DNA of 64,000 bases, from positions 25,071,845 through 25,135,844 of the forward strand of contig NC_068993.1 in the NCBI RefSeq assembly GCF_001194135.2. Direction: 5' to 3'. The stretch is from Octopus bimaculoides (Eukaryota). The translations under genes were made by a program, and so were the position numbers. The stretch's first letter is position 1. Every line of letters begins with the position of its first letter. This document shows, in pieces, positions 38,323 through 49,396 of this stretch. The notes under the pieces are model-generated. The model made no database searches. It saw nothing but the letters and a program-made list of their open reading frames with translations, and was not told where the DNA came from.

Positions 38323-38829
38323 GAAATCACTTTACTATAGTTTTTCTTTTTCCGTCTTTCACACCGTTCCACGTTTGTTATTGTTTTATATATATATATT
38401 CTCACTCAATTTACTTTTTTCCTATCCTGCCTTCGCCGTTTCTATCTCTATTTTCTCACTCATTCATTGCTCTCGTTATTCCACTTTTTGTTCCATTCTG
38501 TTCTCTTTCTGCCACTTATATTTATCCTCCCCCCACCTTACTCTCTCACAACTCTACTGCTTCACATCCCCGCCACTTTAGCTGAGACACGTCATGACAT
38601 GTAGAACAACAACAACACTTAGCAGCGGTACTTCCTACTACTGTGTGTGAGTAGATCGATCGTAGCTACGAACGCTGCAATAGTCACTGTTGTGATTTCC
38701 GGGACTCTGGGATAAACAAAAGGAAAACTAGCCAAGTATTGAACTATAATCGGCACGTGTTCCAGTAGTTCGTTGTTGGAAAACAGGGAAGTTCGAATTG
38801 TCACGAGAAACTTTATCCTTCGTCCTTCT

Positions 38830-38861
<32 letters not shown>

Positions 38862-39340
38862 CACCAATTATTGAAGTACGGCCGTGCTGGAGCTCCATAC
38901 TAATTTTTCTGTTCTTCGTTAACGAACGTTTTGATATAAATGCTGAAACGAAAATTACAACATAAATGAAAATGAATTTATTTTAGACAATAAGAAATTT
39001 GTTTTCATCTTGGTGAACAGTCAATATAAATAACAACAATATCATCGAAAAAAGTCCATTCAAAACTATTTGAACTCGCTAAGAAGAGGAAACTAAAGCA
39101 GAAGTAAGAAGCCAGGAAGTGGAATGTTTTCCCATTTACTTCGCACAACTTTGTGTTCAATGATGAAAATATGCTGAAGTGTGCAGTTAGAGATTATGAA
39201 TCTAATGAGCTATGTGACATCTATTCTTTACACGAGCTGACTGCAGAAATGGATTGGAAGTGACCACACCGGACAATGTATGCTATCTGTTGATCCGTTC
39301 ACCGCTGTCGAAATGAAGAACTGTAGAATCGCTAATTTCA

Positions 39341-39390
39341 ATGGAAGGATTTCCAAATGTTCGGAGTATCAGAGATGACAAGATGGTCAG
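39341..39390 (+). CDS. Tentative ATP10 first coding exon (MEGFPNVRSIRDDKMV)
   Basis: ATG after an in-frame stop. AG|gttgga phase-2 donor joins in frame to 40154. No homology support. Confidence 0.3.
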
Positions 39391-39554
39391 GTTGGAAATT
39401 ACCTAAATACTAAAGAGTAAAAAGAATACGCACGCTTTAAGTGCGGAAATCTTACACAATCTCGAAAACCTGTTTTCATTGTTACCCACTTAACGCCATC
39501 CACTACTTCGTAGGTAATAAGTTTCGTGTTATTGGGGATACTTGCTAAAAACGT

Positions 39555-39596
39555 CTGCCAGTAGTCATATGCTTGTCCCAAAGCTTAAACCATGCA
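39555..39596 (+). pseudogene. 42-nt fragment of the 18S rRNA 5' end
   Basis: CTGCCAGTAGTCATATGCTTGTCCCAAAGCTTAAACCATGCA matches the common eukaryotic 18S 5' sequence at 39/42. Flanks are not rDNA-like. Confidence 0.8.
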
Positions 39597-40066
39597 ACTG
39601 TACTTGTATTAATATTATCTTTGGAATCGTAAAAAATCTGTTGCCGAATAGTTAAATAGTTAATTCCAGCACAAATTGTTGATCTGATCCAATCTTCGAT
39701 TATAGCAGGTGTTTATATATATATATAGTTTTACACTCCACAATTATTTTTACATACCATTCTCTTATTAATTATCAATAGTTATATCATTGTATATTAT
39801 ATTATAACTATTACTACTATAAATTAAAGAAAACGTTAAGGCAAATCCCATGTGTATTCCTTCTTTACTTGCGGATTAGCTTGTCAAACTATTTATTACC
39901 TGTTAGAAACAACACGTTGACAAATAGCCCTTTAAATACTTCATAATTATTAAGGGTTTAATGTGATTACTTTTCGAATATGATTATGTTTCACGCATAA
40001 GATATATTTAACGTATCAACAATGGTTGAAAATTTATTTAGTTGATTTTATATGTAACTGCGCTCG

Positions 40067-40109
<43 letters not shown>

Positions 40110-40153
40110 ACCAATATGTGTTTAATGAACTTTTTCTCGCGTCTTCTTCTAAG

Positions 40154-40513
40154 CTCATCTCCTCGGCGCACCAATCGCCGTATTGTCCCCAATCACACTA
40201 TAAACATACGTCTTTCCGATAAAGACCACCCCAATCATGCTTATAAAACCAACAAAATAAAAACTACCAAATATAGCATTTTAACGTTTTTACCTAAAAA
40301 TCTTTTTGAACAGTTCCACCGTTTGGCTAACATTTTTTTCATATTTGTGGTGATTCTAAATTGGATTCCACAGGTACAGGCTTTCGGTAAAGAAATAGCC
40401 ATGGTACCTGTGATATTTGTTCTTGGAGTAACTGCTGTTAAAGACATATTTGAAGATTTCCGGAGAGGATTATCAGACAGACAGATCAACCAGAACACGT
40501 GTCGAGTTTTGGG
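40154..40513 (+). CDS. ATP10: P4-ATPase (class V, ATP10 family) N-terminal exon with TM1-TM2
   Basis: NKIKTTKYSILTFLPKNLFEQFHRLAN...KDIFEDFRR...DRQIN. Pyrimidine tract with taag| acceptor and phase-2 donor GG|gtatgt. Paralogue (A/B/D) cannot be assigned. Confidence 0.93.
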
Positions 40514-40992
40514 GTATGTAATTAATTTGTCCTTTATTTTATTGTATTTTTTAAAGTGTTTACAAGTGTCGTTGCATTACTACTGAAAATTTCTTATCTC
40601 AGCACTTCTGAAAGATTTTACCACATGCTAAAATAACAAATATTGGGTAAATTTCTTTTTCTATTGTCGATGCCGTACCTTCAACGACACCTTGTTCACC
40701 TGTGATAATTGGTTACCACTAGCTACCAGTGACTGTTTAGCAGTGACAATTAGCTCGCTGCACAAGTCGGAATTATGTAAATCCAGTGAGAAGTGTGTAT
40801 GTGGTGGGGCTTTCAGCCAACTTGAAAACTTAGATGAGTACGAGAAATTTGTATGAATGCCAAAAGTGAAAATAAATAAATAAGGATTTTAAAATTAAAA
40901 CAAATGAAGAAAATAATCAATAGCATTGCCTTATCACAGAACTATTTAGTTTCTTTTGTTCCACATTCTTGGCAATGATACCTATGAATTTT

Positions 40993-41185
40993 CGGTAATT
41001 TTTCAGATTAACACCCGCACGATCTTCACTAGGCGGTTAGGGTTTTAGGGTCAGGGTTAGGGTTTTAGGGTTACGGTTAGTGACGGAATTCCCTAACCCT
41101 AAACCCTAACCCTAACCCTGACCCTAAAACCCTAACCCTAACACCCTAGTGAAGATCGTGCGGGTGTTAATCTGAAAAATTACCG
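40993..41185. mobile_element. 193-bp palindromic MITE with head-to-head telomeric repeats
   Basis: 41-bp perfect TIRs, AATTTT on both flanks, and an interior of degenerate (TTAGGG)n then (CCCTAA)n. Confidence 0.85.
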
Positions 41186-42385
41186 AATTTTCTTCTAAAG
41201 TGTGAAAACAATTTTTATGCTATATAATATTAAGAAACTGCAAATGTCACACTTTAACCGACCGATCTCTTTTGTATACTTCAATATATGCCTTATATAA
41301 ATGAAGTATTTCATTCTGGGATAGGTATTCCAGACGTGTTATATTTATATAATATTTTACCAGCGAATAGCTGATTCATCATCCTTTTGTTAGGACAGCA
41401 GATTATTTAGCTCACGTTAACTTTTCTGCAGGATGCCTTATTTCTCAGCTAAGTCAAATATGACAAGCGCTCATCTCTGAAAGTTTAACATATCAAGTAG
41501 GCTCAAGCATGGCTGTGGTTAAATGTTCGCTTCATAACCTCGTGGTTCTAGGCTCGATATATCTTCTATTATAGTTTATTGTTGAAATTTGGTAGACGTA
41601 AACTGTAGACAACTGTGTGGATATGAGTGTTTTTGCATGTGTAACACACAACACACACACACATCACATATATATGGGGAGAGAAAGAGTGAGTGTGTGT
41701 GTGTCAGTAATGTTTACACGTGACCTTATATTTCTTAACCTAGCAACTAGACAATTAAAGATCAATAAAATAAATGCCTGACTGAAATAAGTTGCGGGAT
41801 CTCGATGTGATCGATCATTGATTGGAGAAGGATTCGCAGTAGCCTTGAATCATTGGATGATAGTTCAATGAATGAAACCAGCAAAAAGCAGAAATGAAAC
41901 TTGTGATATCATGTACCAAGTATTCTTGATACAAACTCTTATTCTAGAATCTATTCTATATACTTTTCTGCTTTGTCAATTTAAAGGACTCTTGAATAAA
42001 CTCATTTAAAATGTCAAAAACTGTTGTACGGAATATACACTGTACATGTCTAAATTTCATTAACCAGAAAATATCTTATGAAACTTTAAGAGCCTTTTTT
42101 TCTTTGGAGTCTACCCCGATTCCTTGATTTGTAGCTTCATTATATATAGATATCGGTTTCAAATTTTGGCGTAAGGCCAGCAATTTTGAGGGACGAAGTC
42201 GATCACAACAGTCCCAGTACTCAACTGATACTTATTTTTATCGACCCCAAAAGAATGAAAGGTAACACTGACCTTCTTAGAATTTGAACTCATAACGCAA
42301 AGACAGATGAAATGGTGCTAAGTATTTTACCCAGCATGCTAACGATTCTGCCAGTTTGCCACAATGTTTGTATATGCATGTTTTT

Positions 42386-42427
<42 letters not shown>

Positions 42428-42431
42428 TCCT

Positions 42432-42482
<51 letters not shown>

Positions 42483-42952
42483 CCAGGTAAATATGTACCT
42501 CCTCTACAGCAAGACATCTGTTTCTGTCTCACTGTTTCACCATAACCTTTCATCATGTGGCATAAGATCACCTCCTCCAATTCCACCTCCCCTTTCAAAG
42601 GATATTTGTCCAGCAAATTATTTGGTGACCCTGTCAGTGCAGGTGCCACTTAAAAAGCATTCAGTCCACACTATAAAATGGTTGGTGTTTGAAAGAGCAT
42701 CCAGCTGTTAAAACCTTGCCAAAACTGGCCTTGCTTGTCTTTGCACCATGTAAAGAGCACTCAGTCCACTCTGCTGAGTGGTTGGTGTTAGGAAGGGCAC
42801 CAGTCAGAAAAACCATGCCAAACCAAACACAGGTGTCTGGTGCAGGTTCCTGCTTGGCTGGTGCCTGCTTGACCAGCTTCTGCTAGGTTGGCTCCTATTA
42901 AACTGTCCAACCCATAGCAACATGAAGAGTGGGTTTTAAACAATGATGATTA

Positions 42953-43470
42953 CATATATATATATATATGATATAATATATATATATATGATATAATATA
43001 TATATATATATGATATAATATATATATATATATGATATAATATATATATATATATATGATATTATATATATATATATATATGATATGATATATATATATA
43101 TGATATGATATATNNNNNNNNNNNNNNNNNNNNNNNNNNNNNNNNNNNNNNNNNNNNNNNNNNNNNNNNNNNNNNNNNNNNNNNNNNNNNNNNNNNNNNN
43201 NNNNNNNNNNNNNTGTGCATACTTGACAGTGTAAGTACCTTGAAAGAAAAGTTGGACCTAAGAGAGACGACTGCGCTGGAATGGTCATGTGGTAAGAATG
43301 GATGAGGATAGCTGTCTGAAAAAGTGCCACACCCTAGCGGTTGAGGGAACCTGTGGAAGAGGTAGANNNNNNNNNNATATATATATATATATATATGAAT
43401 GATATAATACATGATATGATATATATGTATATATATATATATGATATATATTATTATTTATATATATGTG
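42953..43470. repeat. Complex (TA)n/(ATATG)n microsatellite with two N gaps
   Basis: Seen directly. Many further (TA)n, (CA)n, (GA)n and (AAT)n tracts are scattered across the window. Confidence 0.9.
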
Positions 43471-43479
43471 TGTAATATC

Positions 43480-44297
43480 AGTGTGCATACTTGACAGTGT
43501 AAGTACCTTGAAAGAAAAGTTGGACCTAAGAGAGACGACTGCGCTGGAATGGTCATGTGGTAAGAATGGATGAGGATAGCTGTCTGAAAAAGTGCCACAC
43601 CCTAGCGGTTGAGGGAACCTGTGGAAGAGGTAGACCCAGGAAAACCTGGGATGAGGTGGTGAAGCACAACCTTCGAACATTAGGCCTCACCGAGGCAATG
43701 ACTTGAGACTGAGACCTCTGGAAATATGCAGTGCATGAGAAGACCCGGTAAGCCAAGTGAGACCATAATCTGAGGCCTCTGCCAGGGGTGTAGCCAGCCC
43801 ACTTATGCGTACCTTTCCTTCATTGGACATTAAACTCTGTTTGCGAAGATCTGTTGAGGCAAATGAAATCAATCCAAATTTGGCGACTGGCACCCATGCC
43901 AGCGTCGTCTCCTTCAATGGATACTAAACTCGGCATGCGAAGACCTGTCGGAGCAAGTGAAATCGAAATCATGATTGAACCAAATTCGATGACTGGCACC
44001 TGTGCCAGTGGAGCTCTAAGAGCACTGTCTGAGCGTGATCATTGCCAGAGCAGCTGTCTGGCTTCCATGCCAGTGGTCTGTAAATAGCACTATTTGAGCA
44101 TGATCGTTACCAGTGTCGCGTTACTGGCACTTGTGCTGGTGGCACGTGAAAAAACATTCAACCGTAGTCATAGCCAGTGCCACTGGACTGGCTCCTGTGC
44201 AGGTGGCACATAAAAAACACCATTATGAGCGTGGCCGTTGCCAGTACCGCCTGAGTGGCACGTAAAAGCACCCACTACACTCTCAGAGTGGTTGGCT
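43480..44297 (+). mobile_element. RTE-type LINE 3' end and 3'UTR
   Basis: GTCGRGRPRKTW-encoding segment followed by the family's 3'UTR repeats, truncated in the tail. Confidence 0.85.
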
Positions 44298-44705
44298 CCT
44301 TGTCTACGTGCATGCAAAGGCACATAGACAGGGAGCAGAAAGGAACGGCCAGCATCTACTAGATTCAAAATAGCCAATTGCATTTGTTAGCATCAAAGTC
44401 AAAGATTTACTTACAGAGACAGTGAATATATATCACTTCAGGAGATACGACTGGATTCCATTATACAGGTAAACTGTTGCTTAATTTAAATCATATGTTT
44501 ATGTGGATCTATGTTGTATCAAAATGTACTCCTTCCTGTTGACTTTATTTATTCAATTTATATAAATGATATATAAATTCTTACAGATATAGGGTAAAAA
44601 TTAATAATAAATTAATAATTAGTAATCTTACCAAGTAGTTCGGTGTGTTAAAAAATCATTATCGGCAAACTTATACAAAAGTTTTATAATTATAAGCATA
44701 ATTAT

Positions 44706-45005
44706 AATTAGGGTTCAGCAAAAATTGCTTCACTACACACCGAAAATTAGAAATAGCAGTCAAAACTACTATTTCACTACCAAAATATGTCTTCCAGACA
44801 GCAACACTCGCAACTAAAACACAGGCAAAAGAGAAAAAATAACGAACTTACTTTGATTAAGCCGGGTAGGTTCGTTATTTTTTTCTTTTTTGCCTGTGAG
44901 TGAGTGTTGCTGTCTGGGAGATATATTTTGGCAGTGAAATAGTAGTTTTTACTGCTATTTCTAATTTTCGGTGTGTGGTGAAGCAATTCTTGCTGAACCC
45001 TAATT
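44706..45005. repeat. 300-bp foldback palindrome
   Basis: About 140-bp near-identical inverted arms (aattagggttcagcaa...ttgctgaaccctaatt) with a short central loop. Confidence 0.85.
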
Positions 45006-45365
45006 TTAATTATATGTATGATATATATNNNNNNNNNNNNNNNNNNNNNNNNNNNNNNNNNNNNNNNNNNNNNNNNNNNNNNNNNNNNNNNNNNNNNNNN
45101 NNNNNNNNNNNNNNNNNNNNNNNNNNNNNNNNNNNNNNNNNNNNNNNNNNNNNNNNNNNNNNNNNNNNNNNNNNNNNNNNNNNNNNNNNNNNNNNNNNNN
45201 NNNNNNNNNNNNNNNNNNNNNNNNNNNNNTTATATATACATATGTGATATATATATATATATATTTATATATACATATGTAATATATATATATATATATT
45301 TATATATACATATGTGATATATATATATATTTATATATACATATGTGATATATATATATATATAT

Positions 45366-46690
45366 ATATCATCACCATCATCATTTAACATCCGCTTTCC
45401 ATGCTAGCATTGGTTAGACAATTTTACTGAGGACTGGCAAGTTAGAAGGCTGCACCAGGCTCCAATCTGATTTGGCAGAGTTTCTATAGCTGGATGCCCT
45501 TCCTAATGCCAACCACTCCGAGAGTGTAGTGGGTGCTTTTACGTGCCACCGACACGAGGGCCAGTCACACAGTACTGGCAACGGCCACGCTCAAAAGGTG
45601 TTTTTTACGTGCCACCTGCACAGGAGCCACTCCAGCGGCACTGGCAATGACCTCACTCGAATGATTTTCTAACGTGCCACTAGCACGAAACAAGACAGCT
45701 GCTCTGGCAATGAACATGCTCGACAGTGCTGTTAGTGCTCCACTGGTGCGGTGACCAGTCATCGAGTATGGTTCAATTTCGATTTCACTTGCTCCAACAG
45801 GTCTTCGCAAGCAGAGTTTATTGTCCAATGAAGGAAAGGTTGGCATGGACACCAGTCATCGGATTCGGTTCAATTTCGATTTCAGATTCAAATTTCAAAT
45901 TCCAAATTCACTTGCCTCAACAGGTCTTCGCAAGCAGGGTTTTTAGTGTCCAATGAAGTAAAGATACAGATTAGTGAGCTGGCTACACTTCTGGCAGAGA
46001 TCACAGATTATGCTCTCACTCGCTTTGCCGGGTCTTCTAATGTACTGCATATTTCCAAAGGTCCCGGTCACTGGTCAAGGCCTCGGTGAGGCCTTAGGTT
46101 CGAAGGTCGTGCTTCACCACCTCATCCCTGGTCTTCCTGGGTCTACCTCTTCCACAGGTTTCCTCAACTGCTAGGGTGTGGCACTTTTTCACACAGCTAT
46201 CCTCATCCATTTTTGCCACATGTCCATACCAGCACAATCATCTCTCTTGCACACCACAACTGATGCTTCTTATGTCTAACTTTTCTCTCAAAGCACTTAC
46301 ACTCTGTCGAGTATGCACACTTACATTACACATCCATCGGAGCATACTGGCTTTGTTTCTTGCAAGCTTACGCATGTCCTCAGCAGTCACGGTCCATGTT
46401 TCACTGCCATGTAGCATGGCTGTTCGTACACATGCATCATACAGTCTGCCTTTTACTCTGAGTGAGAGGCCCTTTGTCACCAGCAGAGGTAAGAGCTCTC
46501 TAAACTTTGCCCAGGCTATTCTTATTCTAGCAGCTACACTTTCAGTGCACCCTCCCCTGCTACAAACTTGGTCACCTAGGTAGCAGAAGCTATCAACTAC
46601 TTCTAGTTTTTCACCCTAGAGTGTGGTAAAGGTTGTTTTCTGCACATTCTCAGTGTTTATTGCTCCTGAACATCTGTCACATACAAAAAC
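45366..46690 (-). mobile_element. RTE-type LINE 3' portion
   Basis: RVKGRLYDACVRTAMLHGSETW..., 3'UTR and (GAT)n tail. Confidence 0.88.
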
Positions 46691-47836
46691 TATTTTGCCT
46701 AGCACGCATAAGGCAGTTACCCCCATATTCTCCTATATACACACACTAAGGGCCTCTGGTACTCAACAATATTCTGCCAGAGTTTGGATCAGTTATTGTC
46801 TACTTATCTACCCATAAATAGAATGCTTCTTAGCATGTATATACACATAAGGATAGTTATTTACTATTATTTTTATCTGCATATAGACTTCTTAAAAGTC
46901 CATTCATTAACTCTTATAACCCTTGTATTGATATTTACACTCCATCTATATAAGTGTATATGTGTATATACATATATGTATGCATGTATATGGATATGGA
47001 GAGATATACATAGTATGCGTGTGTGTGGGTGTACGTATGCATGCGCGCCCTAGCCTCTTGACCAGTTGGTGTCTACCCAACCGTAGCTAAGCCTAGATAG
47101 TTTCAAACAATAGCTGTCCATTTAGATGGGAGGAATTAACTGTAGAAATTAACCCTCCCCAAATAGCAGCAGAAACTTTTACCCACTGGAAGAAGTAACA
47201 GGATATCCTACACCGCAAAGTTAGAAAGTTTGACATATTATTATTATTGTTGTTGTTGTTGTTGTTATCATCATAATCATCATTATCACTGTTATTGCTA
47301 CTAGAATATTAATAACTCGTATGAAATGAACTTCCACATAAACTCATCCAAAATATATAGAACTGACACACACACACTCAGCAAAAAAGTTTTTTAAAAA
47401 AACATAAACAGCCTTCGAAACACAGTGGATAGCGTTGGTACCAGAGACCATGTACATAAGAGAATGCCTGTGTATACATATTTGTATATGTATACGTATG
47501 TGTGAGCGGATAGATGGATATAGACACACATGTGTACTCACATATATATATGATCTTGAATCATTGAACATCTGAGTATAGTTATGCACACGGACTTATA
47601 TATTGGAGTGTCTATAACTATTTGTATGACCTCATGTACTGTTTGTAGGCTTTTTATGTGCCTTATATTTTTATATTTTTATATTTTTTATATGTTATAT
47701 TTTCATTTTTCATTTATTTATTTTTTTATTTTATTCTTGCTGTACCCTTATTTTATTTTTATTGTTGTTTTTATTTTTATTTCTATTTCATTTTTGTTTT
47801 TGTCTCTTACTGTATATCTGTATGGAATTTTTTGTG

Positions 47837-47965
47837 AATCTCTGAAGAGGCCTAGCGAATCGTGCATGTACCCCCATTTCAGCATTTCATCCACTAATTA
47901 CTCCGGCAGGAGCTATTCGGATAGAATGGGGCATGCCAATGCTAGGCCGAAACAGCTGTAAGATT
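47837..47965 (+). ncRNA. Type I hammerhead ribozyme, intact core, extended helix II
   Basis: AATCT-CTGAAGA-GGCCTAGC...GCTAGGCC-GAAA-CAGCTG-TA^AGATT. Helices I, II and III all pair. Confidence 0.85.
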
Positions 47966-48345
47966 AAGTTTATGTTTATTCTCAAATTCCTTATGTACTT
48001 TTATTTGTAAACCCGGTTGTCAATATAACATGGTTTGTCATAAACACTTGTACTTTGTGGTTTTTTGTCACTTTAGTTACAAATTAAGTTAATGAATTCA
48101 ACGGGATACACTGTCTGCAAGTCGTTGGGTACAGAATATTATCCTCCAATTTCTAATCGATACATAAATTTAAGGTAACCACCCCCCCTTTTACCCACTC
48201 CCACNNNNNNNNNNNNNNNNNNNNNNNNNNNNNNNNNNNNNNNNNNNNNNNNNNNNNNNNNNNNNNNNNNNNNNNNNNNNNNNNNNNNNNNNNNNNNNNN
48301 NNNNNNNNNNNNNNNNNNNNNNNNNNNNNNNNNNNNNNNNNNNNN

Positions 48346-48409
<64 letters not shown>

Positions 48410-48599
48410 GAACCCAAATTTAAATACAGAACCCATGCCAGCATGGAAGGCAGGCGTTAAATGGTGATGATATGTTATATATACATGTATGTATGAATGT
48501 GCAAAGAAACATGCATGTATAATGTATGTATGTCTGTATGTATATATCGTAGATATATATATTTATGCGTGTATGTATATATATATATATATATAAAAA

Positions 48600-48962
48600 T
48601 AAAAACAAAACACAAAGGATTCCACGGTACACGTGTTTCAAGCTTTATAGTTGTTGCATCATTATTGGTATATAATTGATAGTATAAAGCTATCTTCAGC
48701 CGCAAATATATTCTTTCCCATGAATTATATCACAAAGAAATTAAAAGAGGGAGAAACATGAGAGATAAAAGGTGAGAGTCCACTTGGTATTGTCCAATGT
48801 AATATACCTTGTAATATCTTTAAGTTGATATATTTACATAAAAGTTCATCGGTACTCCGAAATCTGTCCATATTGTGCCACAATTCACCCCGGCCACAAT
48901 CTGGCATACACAGGTGCTTATAATTATCAAGTATTACCTCTAACATTTACTTATATATATAT
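48600..48962 (-). mobile_element. Probable Penelope-like 3' end carrying the 48624-48703 hammerhead
   Basis: Minus ORF contains ELLCKYINLK...IPSGLS (GIY-YIG C-terminus-like) upstream of the ribozyme and abuts an N gap. Confidence 0.5.
48624..48703 (-). ncRNA. Type I hammerhead ribozyme (Penelope-like 3' end)
   Basis: GCGG-CTGAAGA-T-AGCTTTATA...TATAAAGCT-T-GAAA-CACGTG-TA^CCGT. Confidence 0.8.
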
Positions 48963-49396
48963 NNNNNNNNNNNNNNNNNNNNNNNNNNNNNNNNNNNNNN
49001 NNNNNNNNNNNNNNNNNNNNNNNNNNNNNNNNNNNNNNNNNNNNNNNNNNNNNNNNNNNNNNNNNNNNNNNNNNNNNNNNNNNNNNNNNNNNNNNNNNNN
49101 NNNNNNNNNNNNNNNNNNNNNNNNNNNNNNNNNNNNNNNNNNNNNNNNNNNNNNNNNNNNNNNNNNNNNNNNNNNNNNNNNNNNNNNNNNNNNNNNNNNN
49201 NNNNNNNNNNNNNNNNNNNNNNNNNNNNNNNNNNNNNNNNNNNNNNNNNNNNNNNNNNNNNNNNNNNNNNNNNNNNNNNNNNNNNNNNNNNNNNNNNNNN
49301 NNNNNNNNNNNNNNNNNNNNNNNNNNNNNNNNNNNNNNNNNNNNNNNNNNNNNNNNNNNNNNNNNNNNNNNNNNNNNNNNNNNNNNNNNNNNNNNN

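Noticed and set aside
40990-41190. True ancestral chromosome fusion site
   Set aside because: The short length, perfect TIRs and flanking duplication point to a mobile element inside an intron.
43214-43366. Duplicate of 43484-43636 (RTE segment)
   Set aside because: It is an identical sequence bounded by N gaps, most likely a contig-overlap artefact.
47405-47430. cagccttcgaaacacagtgg as half of a hammerhead
   Set aside because: There is no upstream CTGANGA and no valid cleavage triplet.
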